64,000 nt of DNA. Origin: a virus. The stretch's first letter is position 1, and each line of letters opens with the position of its first letter. Positions 18,703 to 28,259 of this stretch are shown here, piece after piece. Location: positions 1,266 to 65,265 of IMG/VR virus record IMGVR_UViG_2651869518_000004, one strand, 5' to 3'. A program made the translations under genes and the position numbers. The notes below the pieces were generated by a model. It worked only from the letters and a program-made list of their open reading frames with translations, did no database searches and had not been told where the DNA came from.

Positions 18703-20988
18703 ATGACCATCATCGCCGCCGGGCGCATCCTCCCTCTCCCTGACGACGCCACCGATGAGGAGGTGGGCCAGTTCCTGCGCGACCACAAGGACAAGCTCGA
18801 CAGCTACCCGATGGAGCCCGCCGGCCACGGCGCCGGGGTGCCTGCCGGCGGCCCGTCGCCTGCGGCCGCCAAGCAAAGCCTTCTGGGCGCGGCGGGCGAG
18901 GGCGCGGGTAACCTGCTGTACGGCACGGCCAAGGGCCTGGCCGACCCGATCTATGGCCTGAGCCAGACGGGCCTGCACCTGATCAACAGCGGCTACCAGA
19001 AGCTGCGCGGCCCCGACATGGGCAGCGTGGTCACCGGCAAGAACAGCAACGGGCTGCAGCAACTCACCGACCGCTACGACAAATTCCTGCGCGACGGCGA
19101 GAGGCAGTACCAGAGCGAGACCGACGGCTCTTTCCTGGCCGGACTCGGCCGCGTTGCCGGAAACCTGGCCCCCCTGGCGGCGACTCTAGGCGCGTCTGCG
19201 CCCGCTACGGCCGCCACAGCGGCCCCGGTGGCGGTGGCCAAGGCCCCACTAGCCACCCGGGCCATTGAGGGCGCCCTGACCACCGCAGCGAACGCGGCCA
19301 AGGGCGCCGCCTGGTCGGGCTCGGCCCCGGTCTACAGCTCCCCCAACGGGTACTGGGACGCCAAGAAGGACCAGGCCGAGGTGAGCGCGGTGCTGGGCGC
19401 AGCGGCGCCAACCCTTGTCAACGTGGCGCGCAACGTGCGCGACGCCGCGCGGCCCTTCACGGCCCCCGCGAAGATGGTGGCCAACAACATTTTGCGTGGA
19501 GTGGAGGCTGACGCGGGCGCCAGCGCCCCGGCCGCAGGCGCGCCCCAGACGCCGGGCGTATCTGGCCTCACTGGTGTGCGCAGCCCGCAGGAGGTGATCG
19601 CCCGCATCGACGGCCGGCAGCGCTACGTTGATGGCTCCAAGCCGACCACTGCCCAGGTGGTGAACACCCAGCAGCTCTCAATGGCCGAGAAGGCCCTGGA
19701 GAACAACCCGGACTACTTGGTGGAGATGGGCAACCGGGCCAACGCCAACAACGCCGCGCGCATCGCCAAGCTGCGCGCCTTCGCCGGGACGCCCGAGGAC
19801 CTCCAGCGCGCGCTGGAGGCACGCCATCAGGCCACCAGCCCGCTCTACGACGCGGCATTTGCCAAGGAGTACCCGGTGGACCCCGAGCTGGCCGACATCT
19901 TGGCCTCGGACATCGGCAAGCAGGCCCTGGCCGAGGCGCGCCGCCAGGCCTCTCGGCAGCCGGCGGCGTCCCGCCCGGCGGGCCTGGTGGAGGGGACGCC
20001 CGAGCAGACGGTGCCCACGGGCCTTCTGGACGCCCAGGGCAACCCTATGATGGCCACCGTGCCGGGCAAGAACGGGACCATCGACGGCCAGTCGCTCAAG
20101 TACATCGAGTCGGCCCTGCGCGGCCTGGTGCCGGAGAACGCTGCCGGCGGCGGCATCGCCGGTCTGGACGCTGGCTCCAAACAAAAAATGGTGGGCCGCG
20201 TGGCTGACTGGCTCAGCACCAACGCGCCCGAGTACAAGGCCGCCGACGCCCTGTGGCGCCAGCACAGCGAGCCGGTGAACGCCATGCGTACTGGCCAGGC
20301 CGCGCTGGAGGCCCTTGGCGCCCCGGCGGGCGTGGAGGACGGCGCGCTGGTGAGCAGCGTGGACCAGCTCGGCAAGAGCAAGCCCTTCAACTCTTCTGGC
20401 GACACCGCGCTCACCCTGTCCAACTTCAACGCGGCCGTGAACAAGGCCAAGAACGCCGAGTACGGCTCGCAGTTCCTGACCCCCGAGGCGGTACAGACCC
20501 TGTCGTCCATTGAGAAGGACCTGCAGCGCCAGAGCGGCGGTTCCAGCTCGATCCGCGCCAAGGGCTCGGACTCGGTCTACAACCTGCAAGCACCGAGCTG
20601 GCTCTCCCGCACGCTGTACGGCGGCGGCCTGGACGGCAGCGGCTCCGGCAGCGCGATCATGGGCGCGGCCACGGGCGCGGCCGGCGCCACGCTGGGCTTC
20701 CTGAACCCTGAGCTGACGCACCTCACTGGCCCCATCGCTGAAGGCGCGGGCCTGGTGGGTGGCGCGCTGCTTGGTGGGGGCTCTGGCCTGACCATCGGCG
20801 GCAAGATCGCCAACGCCGGCGCGAGCCGCGTGGACGCGGTGCTGCAGGACGCCATGCTCAACCCTGACCGATTCAAGGAGCTGCTGCTTCAGGGCCTGCA
20901 GCAACGGGCCAACGAGGCGGCCTATGCGCCCACACCAGCCACCGGCGCGCTGAGCGAGGTGGCAAACACATACAGAGGAGATCAATAG
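18703..20988 (+). CDS. large internal virion/ejection protein candidate
   Basis: 761 aa; positionally like T7 gp15/gp16-class proteins. Confidence 0.35.
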   Translation: MTIIAAGRILPLPDDATDEEVGQFLRDHKDKLDSYPMEPAGHGAGVPAGGPSPAAAKQSLLGAAGEGAGNLLYGTAKGLADPIYGLSQTGLHLINSGYQKLRGPDMGSVVTGKNSNGLQQLTDRYDKFLRDGERQYQSETDGSFLAGLGRVAGNLAPLAATLGASAPATAATAAPVAVAKAPLATRAIEGALTTAANAAKGAAWSGSAPVYSSPNGYWDAKKDQAEVSAVLGAAAPTLVNVARNVRDAARPFTAPAKMVANNILRGVEADAGASAPAAGAPQTPGVSGLTGVRSPQEVIARIDGRQRYVDGSKPTTAQVVNTQQLSMAEKALENNPDYLVEMGNRANANNAARIAKLRAFAGTPEDLQRALEARHQATSPLYDAAFAKEYPVDPELADILASDIGKQALAEARRQASRQPAASRPAGLVEGTPEQTVPTGLLDAQGNPMMATVPGKNGTIDGQSLKYIESALRGLVPENAAGGGIAGLDAGSKQKMVGRVADWLSTNAPEYKAADALWRQHSEPVNAMRTGQAALEALGAPAGVEDGALVSSVDQLGKSKPFNSSGDTALTLSNFNAAVNKAKNAEYGSQFLTPEAVQTLSSIEKDLQRQSGGSSSIRAKGSDSVYNLQAPSWLSRTLYGGGLDGSGSGSAIMGAATGAAGATLGFLNPELTHLTGPIAEGAGLVGGALLGGGSGLTIGGKIANAGASRVDAVLQDAMLNPDRFKELLLQGLQQRANEAAYAPTPATGALSEVANTYRGDQ

Positions 20989-20989
20989 C

Positions 20990-22546
20990 ATGGCTGGACC
21001 CCTGTCGAAGCTAAACGCCACAATTCTGCCGGATCGCAACGCGACCCATGGCGGCGCAAACTTGCTGGAGGAAGAGTTTCCGCACCTTGCCGGCTTCTTG
21101 AAAGGCCTCGCCGGCACCGCCCCGGACGAAGCCGGTGGTAGTGTGCTGGACGACTCGCACAAGAACCTGGCCGAGGGTGCAAGCTACGGCTATCCAGTTG
21201 GCGCCGCAGCGCAGGCCCTGCCCATCATTGGTCCTGCCCTGAAGTGGGCGGCGTCGGGGTCTGCTGGCGCGCGCATCGCCAACGCCATCGGTGACATGGG
21301 GGCTTCCTACGCGGCGCCCAAGAAGTTCGACGGGGTAACCCCTACCGTGCGCAACGCGCAGCGAGCGGCGTACCCTGACATCTACAAGGACCCGCGCGCC
21401 CTGGTCGAAGAAGCGGCCAGCCGCGTGGCCCCAGAGGACCCGGCGCTGAAGCGTTTGTTTGGCGTCACCCGCGACGACCTGTACCAGATTGGGGGCATGG
21501 GTCTGCGCAAAGGGAACATCACCGAGGCGCCATACAAAACGGCGCCTAACCCCACAGGAAATCCGGCTGCCGAGAACCTGACAACCCCACGCAACACCCA
21601 GCGCATGCAAGACATCATCGCCGAGGCGATGCAGCACCCGGAGCTGCATGACCCGATGGCCTCTTGGTACGTCATGGACCCCCTGTACGACCAGTTTAAG
21701 CGCCTTCACGGCGAGGGCGCGCCGGCGGCCTACAACCAGTTCAACGCACTGACCGGAATGGCAAGCCCCGGCAGCGAGGTGTTGACCGAGCTGAACCGAG
21801 GCACTGGGGCCAACTGGCTGGCCAACCAGGGGCGGATGGATGACTTTGTACGCTACGCCGGGATCGCGGACGACCGTCGAGGCGCGGGCTTCCCCGACGA
21901 CATGCGTGGGATCACGGGGCACCCGTACCACAGCACAGCCCAAGCGCCGGCGATGCAGAAGTTTGTGGACACAGGTGCGGTCGACATGAAGTCCGCGAAG
22001 GTGCCCAGCTACATTGCCGCGTCAGGGGTCCCCGACGTGGGGTTTCAAACCGGCTTCCCGGTAGGGGATGCGCACTGGTCTCGTCTGGTCGGCCTCCCCG
22101 ATGTGCGCGAAATGCGAACCTCCAAGGGTGTCAACAAGATTCCAAACGCCAGTGCGACGGTGCCGGAGATGTCCTCGCTCACGCCCTGGTGGGCGCACGA
22201 GGTGGCCGCCCCAACGGGGCTGGAGCCGGTGCCGGCGCAGGCAGTCGTCTGGGGCGCAGGCTCTGGCGCTACGGGCGTCACGTCCCCTATCGGTGCGCCC
22301 AAGCTGGAGCTGCTGGCTCAGCAGATTATGAAAACCGCAGATCGCCTTGGGGTGAGCCCAGAGACAGCCCGCGACATGGTGTTGACCGGCAAAACTCATG
22401 CAGGCAGGGCAACGCCGGGAGCGCTTACCGCAACCGCAGCGGCTGGCGCCGGCGCGGCAGAGACCGCTAAGTACCTGCTGGGCGGCCAAGATCAGGCAGC
22501 GCCAGGATTCGACCCTCTGCCCAGTCCAGAGCCTCTTGGGCCGTAG
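20990..22546 (+). CDS. virion-associated protein of unknown function
   Basis: 518 aa; no recognised catalytic motif; last large genes of the late operon. Confidence 0.3.
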   Translation: MAGPLSKLNATILPDRNATHGGANLLEEEFPHLAGFLKGLAGTAPDEAGGSVLDDSHKNLAEGASYGYPVGAAAQALPIIGPALKWAASGSAGARIANAIGDMGASYAAPKKFDGVTPTVRNAQRAAYPDIYKDPRALVEEAASRVAPEDPALKRLFGVTRDDLYQIGGMGLRKGNITEAPYKTAPNPTGNPAAENLTTPRNTQRMQDIIAEAMQHPELHDPMASWYVMDPLYDQFKRLHGEGAPAAYNQFNALTGMASPGSEVLTELNRGTGANWLANQGRMDDFVRYAGIADDRRGAGFPDDMRGITGHPYHSTAQAPAMQKFVDTGAVDMKSAKVPSYIAASGVPDVGFQTGFPVGDAHWSRLVGLPDVREMRTSKGVNKIPNASATVPEMSSLTPWWAHEVAAPTGLEPVPAQAVVWGAGSGATGVTSPIGAPKLELLAQQIMKTADRLGVSPETARDMVLTGKTHAGRATPGALTATAAAGAGAAETAKYLLGGQDQAAPGFDPLPSPEPLGP

Positions 22547-22661
22547 GCTTCGTACCCGCAGCGGCCTCCACTTCATCGGCTTGTTCGTTTAAATCTCTGA
22601 TGATCTTGAGCACTTCATCTCTGTCCACGAGTTCCATCTCACTCTCCTAAAAGGCACCACC

Positions 22662-23741
22662 ATGGGCGCACTGTCTGATCTCTTCGATACCGTCAAGGCC
22701 TCACCGGCCGGCCGCCTGGTGGGCGACGTACAGGCCCAGGGCGGCGTGCTTCCCTGGCTCAAGAGCACGGGCCAGGCAGCCTACGACAAGGTCAGCCAGA
22801 TCGCGCACGACCCGGTGGGCTACGCCAAGGGTCTGGGTCAGGACATCATAGACAACCCGGACAAGTTCGGCGAGGCTATGGTGGGCGGCTTCAACCCGAG
22901 CCACATCGGCGGCGCGGCCATGGGCCTGGCTGGCGTGCTCGCGCCCAAGCGCTTCCTGGGAAAGTCCCTCGTCGACCTGCCCGACAACGGGTGGGTCAAG
23001 ATGGGCAACAAGATGGACCAGTTCGGGACCGACCAGCGGCTGGTGGACCTGGCTCAGCGCTACGCCTCTGATAACGGCCTGGCCTACCAGCCCCTGACCA
23101 AGTACACGCCGGTAGACCCGATGCGCGCCAAGGGGCTGGCGCAGGCCTACGAGGCCATGAAGCACGACCCCAAGGACCCTGCGGTGGCTAAGTCCTACCA
23201 GGCCCTGATGGATGAAACGCAGAAGCAGTTTGAGGCCCTGCGCCGCGCCGGCTACAACTTTGACTTCATCCAGGGCGCCGACCCCTACGGCAACCCGCGC
23301 AACGCCATCAACGACTTGGTCCAGAACAAGCACATGTCGGTCTTCCCGACAGAGGACGGGTTTGGCAGCTCCGAACCAGGCGGTGTGGACCTCCGCGACA
23401 ACCCGCTGCTGCAGCACTCGGAGCTGCAGATCGGCGACGGCTCGATCCCGACCACCTACAACGACCTCTTCCGCGCTGTGCACGATGCGTACGGCCACGC
23501 CCAGTACGGGCTGGGTTTTCGAGCGGGCGGGGAAGAGAACGCATTCCAGGCCCACGCACGTATGTTCTCGCCCGAGGCGATCCCGGCGGCTACCAGCGAA
23601 ACGCGCGGCCAAAACTCGTGGGTGAACTACGGCCCTTCCGGCGAGACCAACCAGACTGCCAGCCCGCTGGACACGAAGTACGCCCCGCAGAAGACCGGCA
23701 TCATGCCGGATTGGGCGTGGAAGAGCGGTGTGGGTGAGTGA
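22662..23741 (+). CDS. virion-associated protein; N-terminal domain shared with the 744-aa zincin-motif protein
   Basis: N-terminal about 90 aa (MGALSDLFDTVKASPAGRLVGDVQAQGGVLP...) aligns with the N-terminus of the 53613 protein (MGVFDQLWDTLRTSPAADAVRQVQMHGGVLP...). Confidence 0.4.
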   Translation: MGALSDLFDTVKASPAGRLVGDVQAQGGVLPWLKSTGQAAYDKVSQIAHDPVGYAKGLGQDIIDNPDKFGEAMVGGFNPSHIGGAAMGLAGVLAPKRFLGKSLVDLPDNGWVKMGNKMDQFGTDQRLVDLAQRYASDNGLAYQPLTKYTPVDPMRAKGLAQAYEAMKHDPKDPAVAKSYQALMDETQKQFEALRRAGYNFDFIQGADPYGNPRNAINDLVQNKHMSVFPTEDGFGSSEPGGVDLRDNPLLQHSELQIGDGSIPTTYNDLFRAVHDAYGHAQYGLGFRAGGEENAFQAHARMFSPEAIPAATSETRGQNSWVNYGPSGETNQTASPLDTKYAPQKTGIMPDWAWKSGVGE

Positions 23742-24141
23742 CATGAACCAGCTCCGGCACACAGCTCAGGTCTGAGTACAGGTAGGCGTTCTGGCCAAAC
23801 TCACGGGCCAGATCGACCAGTTGCTCACGGTGGCCAGCAGGCAGCAGCACCAGCTTGCTCTGCTCCGAGGGCCACTCGCCAGTCGGGTCCACCCCGGCGC
23901 CCAGGTAGCGCATGGCATGCGGGTAGAGCTGGCGCAGGCGGTCAGCCAAGCGTGCGCTCGCCAAGGTGTTTACCTCGGCCTTGGTGGTCTCGCTGAACGG
24001 GTTGTAGGCCGTGATGAAGAAGGCGCAGATCGTCTTCGTGGATGCAAACAGCACGCCCAGCTCGGGGCTGCGCACGCCGACGCGCAGCACGATGCCGGGC
24101 TCGAAGATGCGGTACTCGGCTGCCAAGTATTTGTCGATCAC
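23701..24141 (-). CDS. DUF3293-like protein
   Basis: FITAYNPFSE motif region resembles DUF3293; GTG start overlaps the upstream HTH gene stop (GTGA); convergent with the late operon end. Confidence 0.35.
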   Translation of the reverse strand: MIDKYLAAEYRIFEPGIVLRVGVRSPELGVLFASTKTICAFFITAYNPFSETTKAEVNTLASARLADRLRQLYPHAMRYLGAGVDPTGEWPSEQSKLVLLPAGHREQLVDLAREFGQNAYLYSDLSCVPELVHVTHPHRSSTPNPA

Positions 24142-24332
24142 ACCTTCTCCTTGGGCTTGCGCGACAGCGACGGCGTCTTCTTGGCCGCCAGGCACAGCAG
24201 GCGCAGGGCCTTGCCGCCGCCACGGTCGCGGTAGTTCTTGATGGTCGAGCGGTTCACGTCCAGGGCCTCGGCGGCTTGCTCCCATGTGAAGCCGGATTCG
24301 GTGAGCCAGGTTTGAAATTCTTCAGGTGTCAT
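24138..24332 (-). CDS. small helix-turn-helix DNA-binding protein
   Basis: MTPEEFQTWLTESGFTWEQAAEALDVNRSTIKNYR: classic HTH; about 64 aa. Confidence 0.4.
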   Translation of the reverse strand: MTPEEFQTWLTESGFTWEQAAEALDVNRSTIKNYRDRGGGKALRLLCLAAKKTPSLSRKPKEKV

Positions 24333-24336
24333 AGGT

Positions 24337-24699
24337 CTACAGTTTAGACTGCTTAAGGGCTTCTGCCAAGGCCACGCCGCGCCGTCGGTATATCTCATGC
24401 TTGAGCGAACTGGGCTGGCCCCAATAGTCCACCCAGCACTCGGAGTCGATCAGGCGGGCCGCCGCCTTGACCTCTTCGGCGATCTTGGCCGGCGGCTCGT
24501 CCAGCGGATGGGTGGCCAGCGCGTAGACCTCCTCGGGGGTCAGGTTCATCTCCTCGGCGATGGCTTGGCACAGGTTGCCCAGCAGCTCCTGGCCCCAGGG
24601 CGTGTCACGGTGCCACTGGCACTCGGGGTCCACCAGGGCGAGATAGGCGCCTAGCATCAGGTCGGTGCGGCGGCGGATATTGGGGTCAGGCAAGCTCAT
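24337..24699 (-). CDS. hypothetical protein
   Basis: 120-aa ORF in the same leftward operon. Confidence 0.3.
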   Translation of the reverse strand: MSLPDPNIRRRTDLMLGAYLALVDPECQWHRDTPWGQELLGNLCQAIAEEMNLTPEEVYALATHPLDEPPAKIAEEVKAAARLIDSECWVDYWGQPSSLKHEIYRRRGVALAEALKQSKL

Positions 24700-24711
24700 G
24701 GGTTACTCCTT

Positions 24712-24864
24712 CACGGCTCGGCACGATACCACCGTGGCCGTGCCAAACGGACCATAGTAGCTGTCGCCCCGGGCGTACTTGGTGGGCACCGTGGCGCGAC
24801 CCTTGAATGGGCCGGCGCCGTGTGGGTTGTCGTAGGTGTAGGTGATCTTGAACATGGCGGGGTC
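24712..24864 (-). CDS. small hypothetical protein (about 50 aa, not in the ORF track)
   Basis: ATG with GAGGA RBS: MFKITYTYDNPHGAGPFKGRATVPTKYARGDSYYGPFGTATVVSCRAVKE; read by eye, coordinates approximate. Confidence 0.2.
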
Positions 24865-24919
24865 CTCTGGTTGATACGGGTCACACTGGCAAGGCCCGAG
24901 GCCTTGACGCTGTGATCAG

Positions 24920-25265
24920 CTACATCGCGTTGTGCTGGCTGGCCACCGGCTTCTTGTCGAAGTCCTGGAAGTAGCCGGCCAGGATGAAGTTGCCGCGCTT
25001 GTCGATGCAGGGCTGCAGGTTCACGACCTGGTCCTTGCTCACCAAGTAGTCGGCCATGCCGCGCCACACCTTGGCACCCTGCGAGAAGCGCACAGCCAGG
25101 CCGAAAATCGGCAGGCGGTCGCCCCACACCTTGCTGCAGTGAACGCGGCGGCGATCACCACGGATGGTCACCTCGACGGTGAAACGCTCCAGGCGCTGCT
25201 CGCCCTTCTTGTTTGTCCAGACGTAGTCGGGTTCTTGGCGGTGGGTGTCGAGGTGGACTTGCATT
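24920..25265 (-). CDS. hypothetical protein
   Basis: Start MQVHLDTHRQE preceded by a GGAG RBS; about 114 aa. Confidence 0.35.
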
Positions 25266-25296
25266 TTCAATCTCCAGTTTGTGTTGCGATGGAGTA

Positions 25297-25383
25297 ATTG
25301 TAGTCTAACTTTTAGACTAATGTGCATCTAAATTTTAGACTGTTTTAGCGGCGACTCACTACGGGCCCGTATAGGGCCGTAGT
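25297..25383. promoter_or_regulatory. AT-rich region 3' of int with GTCTA..TAGAC-type palindromes and a 12-bp-stem hairpin; candidate attP/arm-site region or int terminator
   Basis: TAGTCTAACTTTTAGACTA and TCTAAATTTTAGA palindromes at about 25299-25340; hairpin CACTACGGGCCC-GTATA-GGGCCGTAGTG at 25356-25383; low GC. Confidence 0.3.
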
Positions 25384-25390
25384 GAATAGT

Positions 25391-26359
25391 TCAGATTTTG
25401 CCGGCAATGTCCGACAGGGTGGGGCGGTAGTAGGTGTTGACCAGCAGGCTGATGTCCTTGTGCCGGCTCACCTTGGCCAGGTCGTGCACGGGCAGCTTCT
25501 TTGAGAGGTAGGTCAGGGCGCTGGCGCGGGTGTCGTGGAAAGTCAGCCCCTCAATCAAGAGCTGCTTGCACAGGATCGAGAAGAGCACGCTGGCCTCGTT
25601 AGCGTCCACCGTGAAGGGCGGCCGCTGCAGCAGCTTGTGGGCGATCCGGCCAATCGGCACCCGGGCGATGGCGTCGGTCTTGCGCGCACCCGCCACATTG
25701 GACAGGGTGACGATTCGTGTGGCCGGGTTGTAGCGCTGCGGCGCTGCGATGGCCTCGCCCAGGCGCATGCCGGTGCGCAGGGCGATGTGGAACAGTGCCT
25801 GCACCTCGGCCGTCTTGCCCTGGCGCGGCGCGCGCAGGACGCGCTTGATGTCGCGCCAGCCCCAGATGCCGGTGCGGGGCTGGTTCTCGGCCGGCAGCTT
25901 CACACCTTCAAAAGGCTGGTGGTCGCACCAGAGCCACTCCAGCTTAGCCACCCGGAAGAGGTTGCGCAGGATGTTGGCCTCGCGCACCACAGTCGATCCG
26001 CTCACCGAGCGGTTGTCAGCGTCCCCGGATAGGCGCCAATCGCGCCAGGACGCGATCTGGGGCGCGCCGATGGCTACCAGGGGGGTGTCGTCGCCAAAGT
26101 AGCGCCGCGCGGCCTCCAGGCGCCTTTTCTCAAAGACGTGGCCGTCCTTCTTGGCGCTGACCTCCTGCACGTACTTGTCGGCCGCGTCGCCGAACGTGAA
26201 GCCCTTGCCGGCCTTGGCCTTCTTGCCGGTGGCCTCCTGATCGGCTGCCCAGTCCCGGGCATCCTTCTTGGTCTTGCAGGTGCTCTTGCTCACGCGCTGG
26301 CCATTGACTTCCACCTGGGCCTGCCAGTTGCCGTTGGGGAGTTGTCGGAAGTAGGCCAT
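25391..26359 (-). CDS. int: tyrosine-type phage integrase
   Basis: C-terminal catalytic region [14 protein letters not shown]...[22 protein letters not shown] (R...H..R..Y); 322 aa; ATG confirmed. Confidence 0.85.
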   Translation of the reverse strand: MAYFRQLPNGNWQAQVEVNGQRVSKSTCKTKKDARDWAADQEATGKKAKAGKGFTFGDAADKYVQEVSAKKDGHVFEKRRLEAARRYFGDDTPLVAIGAPQIASWRDWRLSGDADNRSVSGSTVVREANILRNLFRVAKLEWLWCDHQPFEGVKLPAENQPRTGIWGWRDIKRVLRAPRQGKTAEVQALFHIALRTGMRLGEAIAAPQRYNPATRIVTLSNVAGARKTDAIARVPIGRIAHKLLQRPPFTVDANEASVLFSILCKQLLIEGLTFHDTRASALTYLSKKLPVHDLAKVSRHKDISLLVNTYYRPTLSDIAGKI

Positions 26360-26384
26360 CAGGGTGCTCCTTGGTTAAAAATTC

Positions 26385-26410
26385 GGGCGGCTATTCGGGA
26401 TTTATTCGGG
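26385..26410. repeat. short direct repeats TTCGGGATTTAT(T)CGG between int and xis (candidate arm-type sites)
   Basis: ATTCGGGATTTATTCGGG at about 26390, related CATCGGGATTTATCC at about 26548, and AATTCGGGATTTAATTCGG at about 49646. Confidence 0.25.
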
Positions 26411-26417
26411 GGCGAGC

Positions 26418-26446
26418 CTGAAACGAAAAAGCCTCCACAGGGGAGG
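26418..26446 (-). terminator. rho-independent terminator-like hairpin
   Basis: Minus strand AGCCTCC-CCTGTG-GAGGCT followed by TTTTTCGTTTC, downstream of xis. Confidence 0.35.
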
Positions 26447-26509
26447 CTCGTAGTGTATCGGGAGATAAACGCGCAGGGAAGTACCCTGTCTGGTGCCCGG
26501 GGCCGGAAC

Positions 26510-26758
26510 TTAAATATGAGTCAAATGCGTTGTATTTTCGGGAAAACATCGGGATTTATCCTGGCTTTGTGGCATAAGCGCGCGGCCTCCGTAGAGGAAG
26601 GCCCGCACCTCAACGGTAAGCCAGAGCGGCTTGCGCTCGGTCGCACCCGGGGCGATGCCCGGGAAGCCAACCTGCTTCGCAATCACATCGCGCGCGTGCC
26701 GGCGCGTGCAGCGGTAGAGCGCGGCGACGTCGCCCAGGTCCATGAGTTCGTGAGTCAT
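26510..26758 (-). CDS. xis: excisionase / AlpA-type HTH protein
   Basis: LMDLGDVAALYRCTRRHARDVIAKQVGFP: AlpA/Xis-like HTH; adjacent to int. Confidence 0.5.
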   Translation of the reverse strand: MTHELMDLGDVAALYRCTRRHARDVIAKQVGFPGIAPGATERKPLWLTVEVRAFLYGGRALMPQSQDKSRCFPENTTHLTHI

Positions 26759-26994
26759 TTAATCCTCCACATAAGTGCTGTCTTGCGGCCCCGGGCACCC
26801 TTGCGCCGGGCCTGGCCGCCACGGTAAAAGAGCAGCTTAATCATCTCGCGGCGCAGCGGGGCTGGCACCCAGATATAGCGGGGCTCTAGGACGATTGAGC
26901 TGTCGATGGACTGGCGGAGTCGGACCATCATGGCCTCTAGGGACGCCTGGCTTAGTACGCGCGACGTGGGCAGCAGGCTACTACGCTCAGCCAT
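26755..26994 (-). CDS. hypothetical protein
   Basis: 79-aa ORF immediately upstream of xis in the same operon. Confidence 0.25.
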   Translation of the reverse strand: MAERSSLLPTSRVLSQASLEAMMVRLRQSIDSSIVLEPRYIWVPAPLRREMIKLLFYRGGQARRKGARGRKTALMWRIK

Positions 26995-27116
26995 GCGGCT
27001 TTCCTTGTTTGGTGTTGATGGCGGCGCTGTCAATGGTCCGGCGCCGAATGGCCGCCAGCACCCCCTCCAAAGTGGCTAGGCCAAAGGTTTCTGGCGTGAG
27101 CAGCGGGTTGTTGTGT

Positions 27117-27536
27117 TCAGCCATTCTTTGCCTCCACACTCTGCTGATATGTGCGAAGCCGCTCAACCTGGTCGCGGTAATCGCGCAGCTCAGCGTTGAC
27201 CTTGTCGTAGTCGATCCCTGCCCAGCGCGGGTCTATGGATGGCGGCTCTACGGTCTGCACTGGGGCGGCGTAGACGATGTGTGGGTCACATTTGCGCGCG
27301 CCAAAAAACTTGAACCGCAGGAGGCACCGCTGGCAATGAGTTTCGTCTTCTTCGCCGGGCGCTGTTGATACAACCCAAGGCCCATGCTTGGTGCTGATTA
27401 CCGGCTCCTGCTCTTGCTGCGCCTCCATTGCAGCTATTAGCGTGCGATATGACTGGCTTACACCTCCAAGGGTGTCAATGTAGTTGGATGCAGCTTTAAG
27501 CGAATCCAGCAGGGTTTTGAGTGTGTCAGTAGTCAT
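27117..27536 (-). CDS. hypothetical protein
   Basis: ATG at 27536 with GGGAAGAG RBS; the track's longer ORF begins with TTG. Confidence 0.3.
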   Translation of the reverse strand: MTTDTLKTLLDSLKAASNYIDTLGGVSQSYRTLIAAMEAQQEQEPVISTKHGPWVVSTAPGEEDETHCQRCLLRFKFFGARKCDPHIVYAAPVQTVEPPSIDPRWAGIDYDKVNAELRDYRDQVERLRTYQQSVEAKNG

Positions 27537-27662
27537 ATTGGCTCTTCCCGGTTCGTAATGCTGGATTGCTACGCCCGTCACCGCGCGATACCGTTGACGC
27601 CAATAATTCAAGGTGCTTTTCAATCCGCTTTAGCGTTGCCAAAAGGTCTTTAAAATAGGCAA

Positions 27663-28259
27663 TCATGTCTTATTCACTCCTACAGAGCCGGGATTCTCGC
27701 CCAGCAGGTTGTTGATGGTGGCGAGGGCTTCATGAAAGCTGTCACCGTCAAATGGAATCTTGTCAGCATTTATTGATGCAAGCACACTGCGCAGTTCACC
27801 CCTCGCCAGCACCAGCGCGGCTTTGAGCTTCTCAGTTCTGTCTGTTTCCAGATACCATTTGCGCTCAAATTCTTCATGGTTGCTATTGGCAACTTTCAGC
27901 GCGGCTTCTAGCTGGGTGATGCGGTCTCTGGACGCGTCAACTTCCTGGATATGACGCCCACATTCAGCCCGCTCCGCAGCCACTGCCGCCTGTGCGGATG
28001 CGAAGGTTACAAGAAAACCACCTTCGGGCCAGTCATAGGGGTAGGCATTTTTGCTGCATTCGGCCCAAGTTCGTGCAATGGTGTAGCCCTGTGGGGGATA
28101 TGTACCTCGGCCACGGTAGGTAAGCAACCTAGCCACTACCTCCAGCCCATCGGCTGCTGGCCGGTCTTGATAACAAAGCGCGTCAGGGTTTTTGCACCCG
28201 CCACCACATGCACCCGAGAACGCTTCTTCCGAGCCGCATAATTTGCAGTTGTCGGTCAT
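27663..28259 (-). CDS. hypothetical protein with Cys-rich N-terminus
   Basis: MTDNCKLCGSEEAFSGACGGGCKNPDALCY; ATGA overlap with the upstream gene. Confidence 0.3.
   Translation of the reverse strand: MTDNCKLCGSEEAFSGACGGGCKNPDALCYQDRPAADGLEVVARLLTYRGRGTYPPQGYTIARTWAECSKNAYPYDWPEGGFLVTFASAQAAVAAERAECGRHIQEVDASRDRITQLEAALKVANSNHEEFERKWYLETDRTEKLKAALVLARGELRSVLASINADKIPFDGDSFHEALATINNLLGENPGSVGVNKT

Noticed and set aside
24711-25127. 138-aa minus ORF (MGRPPADFRPG...).
   Set aside because: Low-complexity P/R/G-rich; overlaps better ORFs (24920-25265 and a 50-aa ORF with a good RBS).
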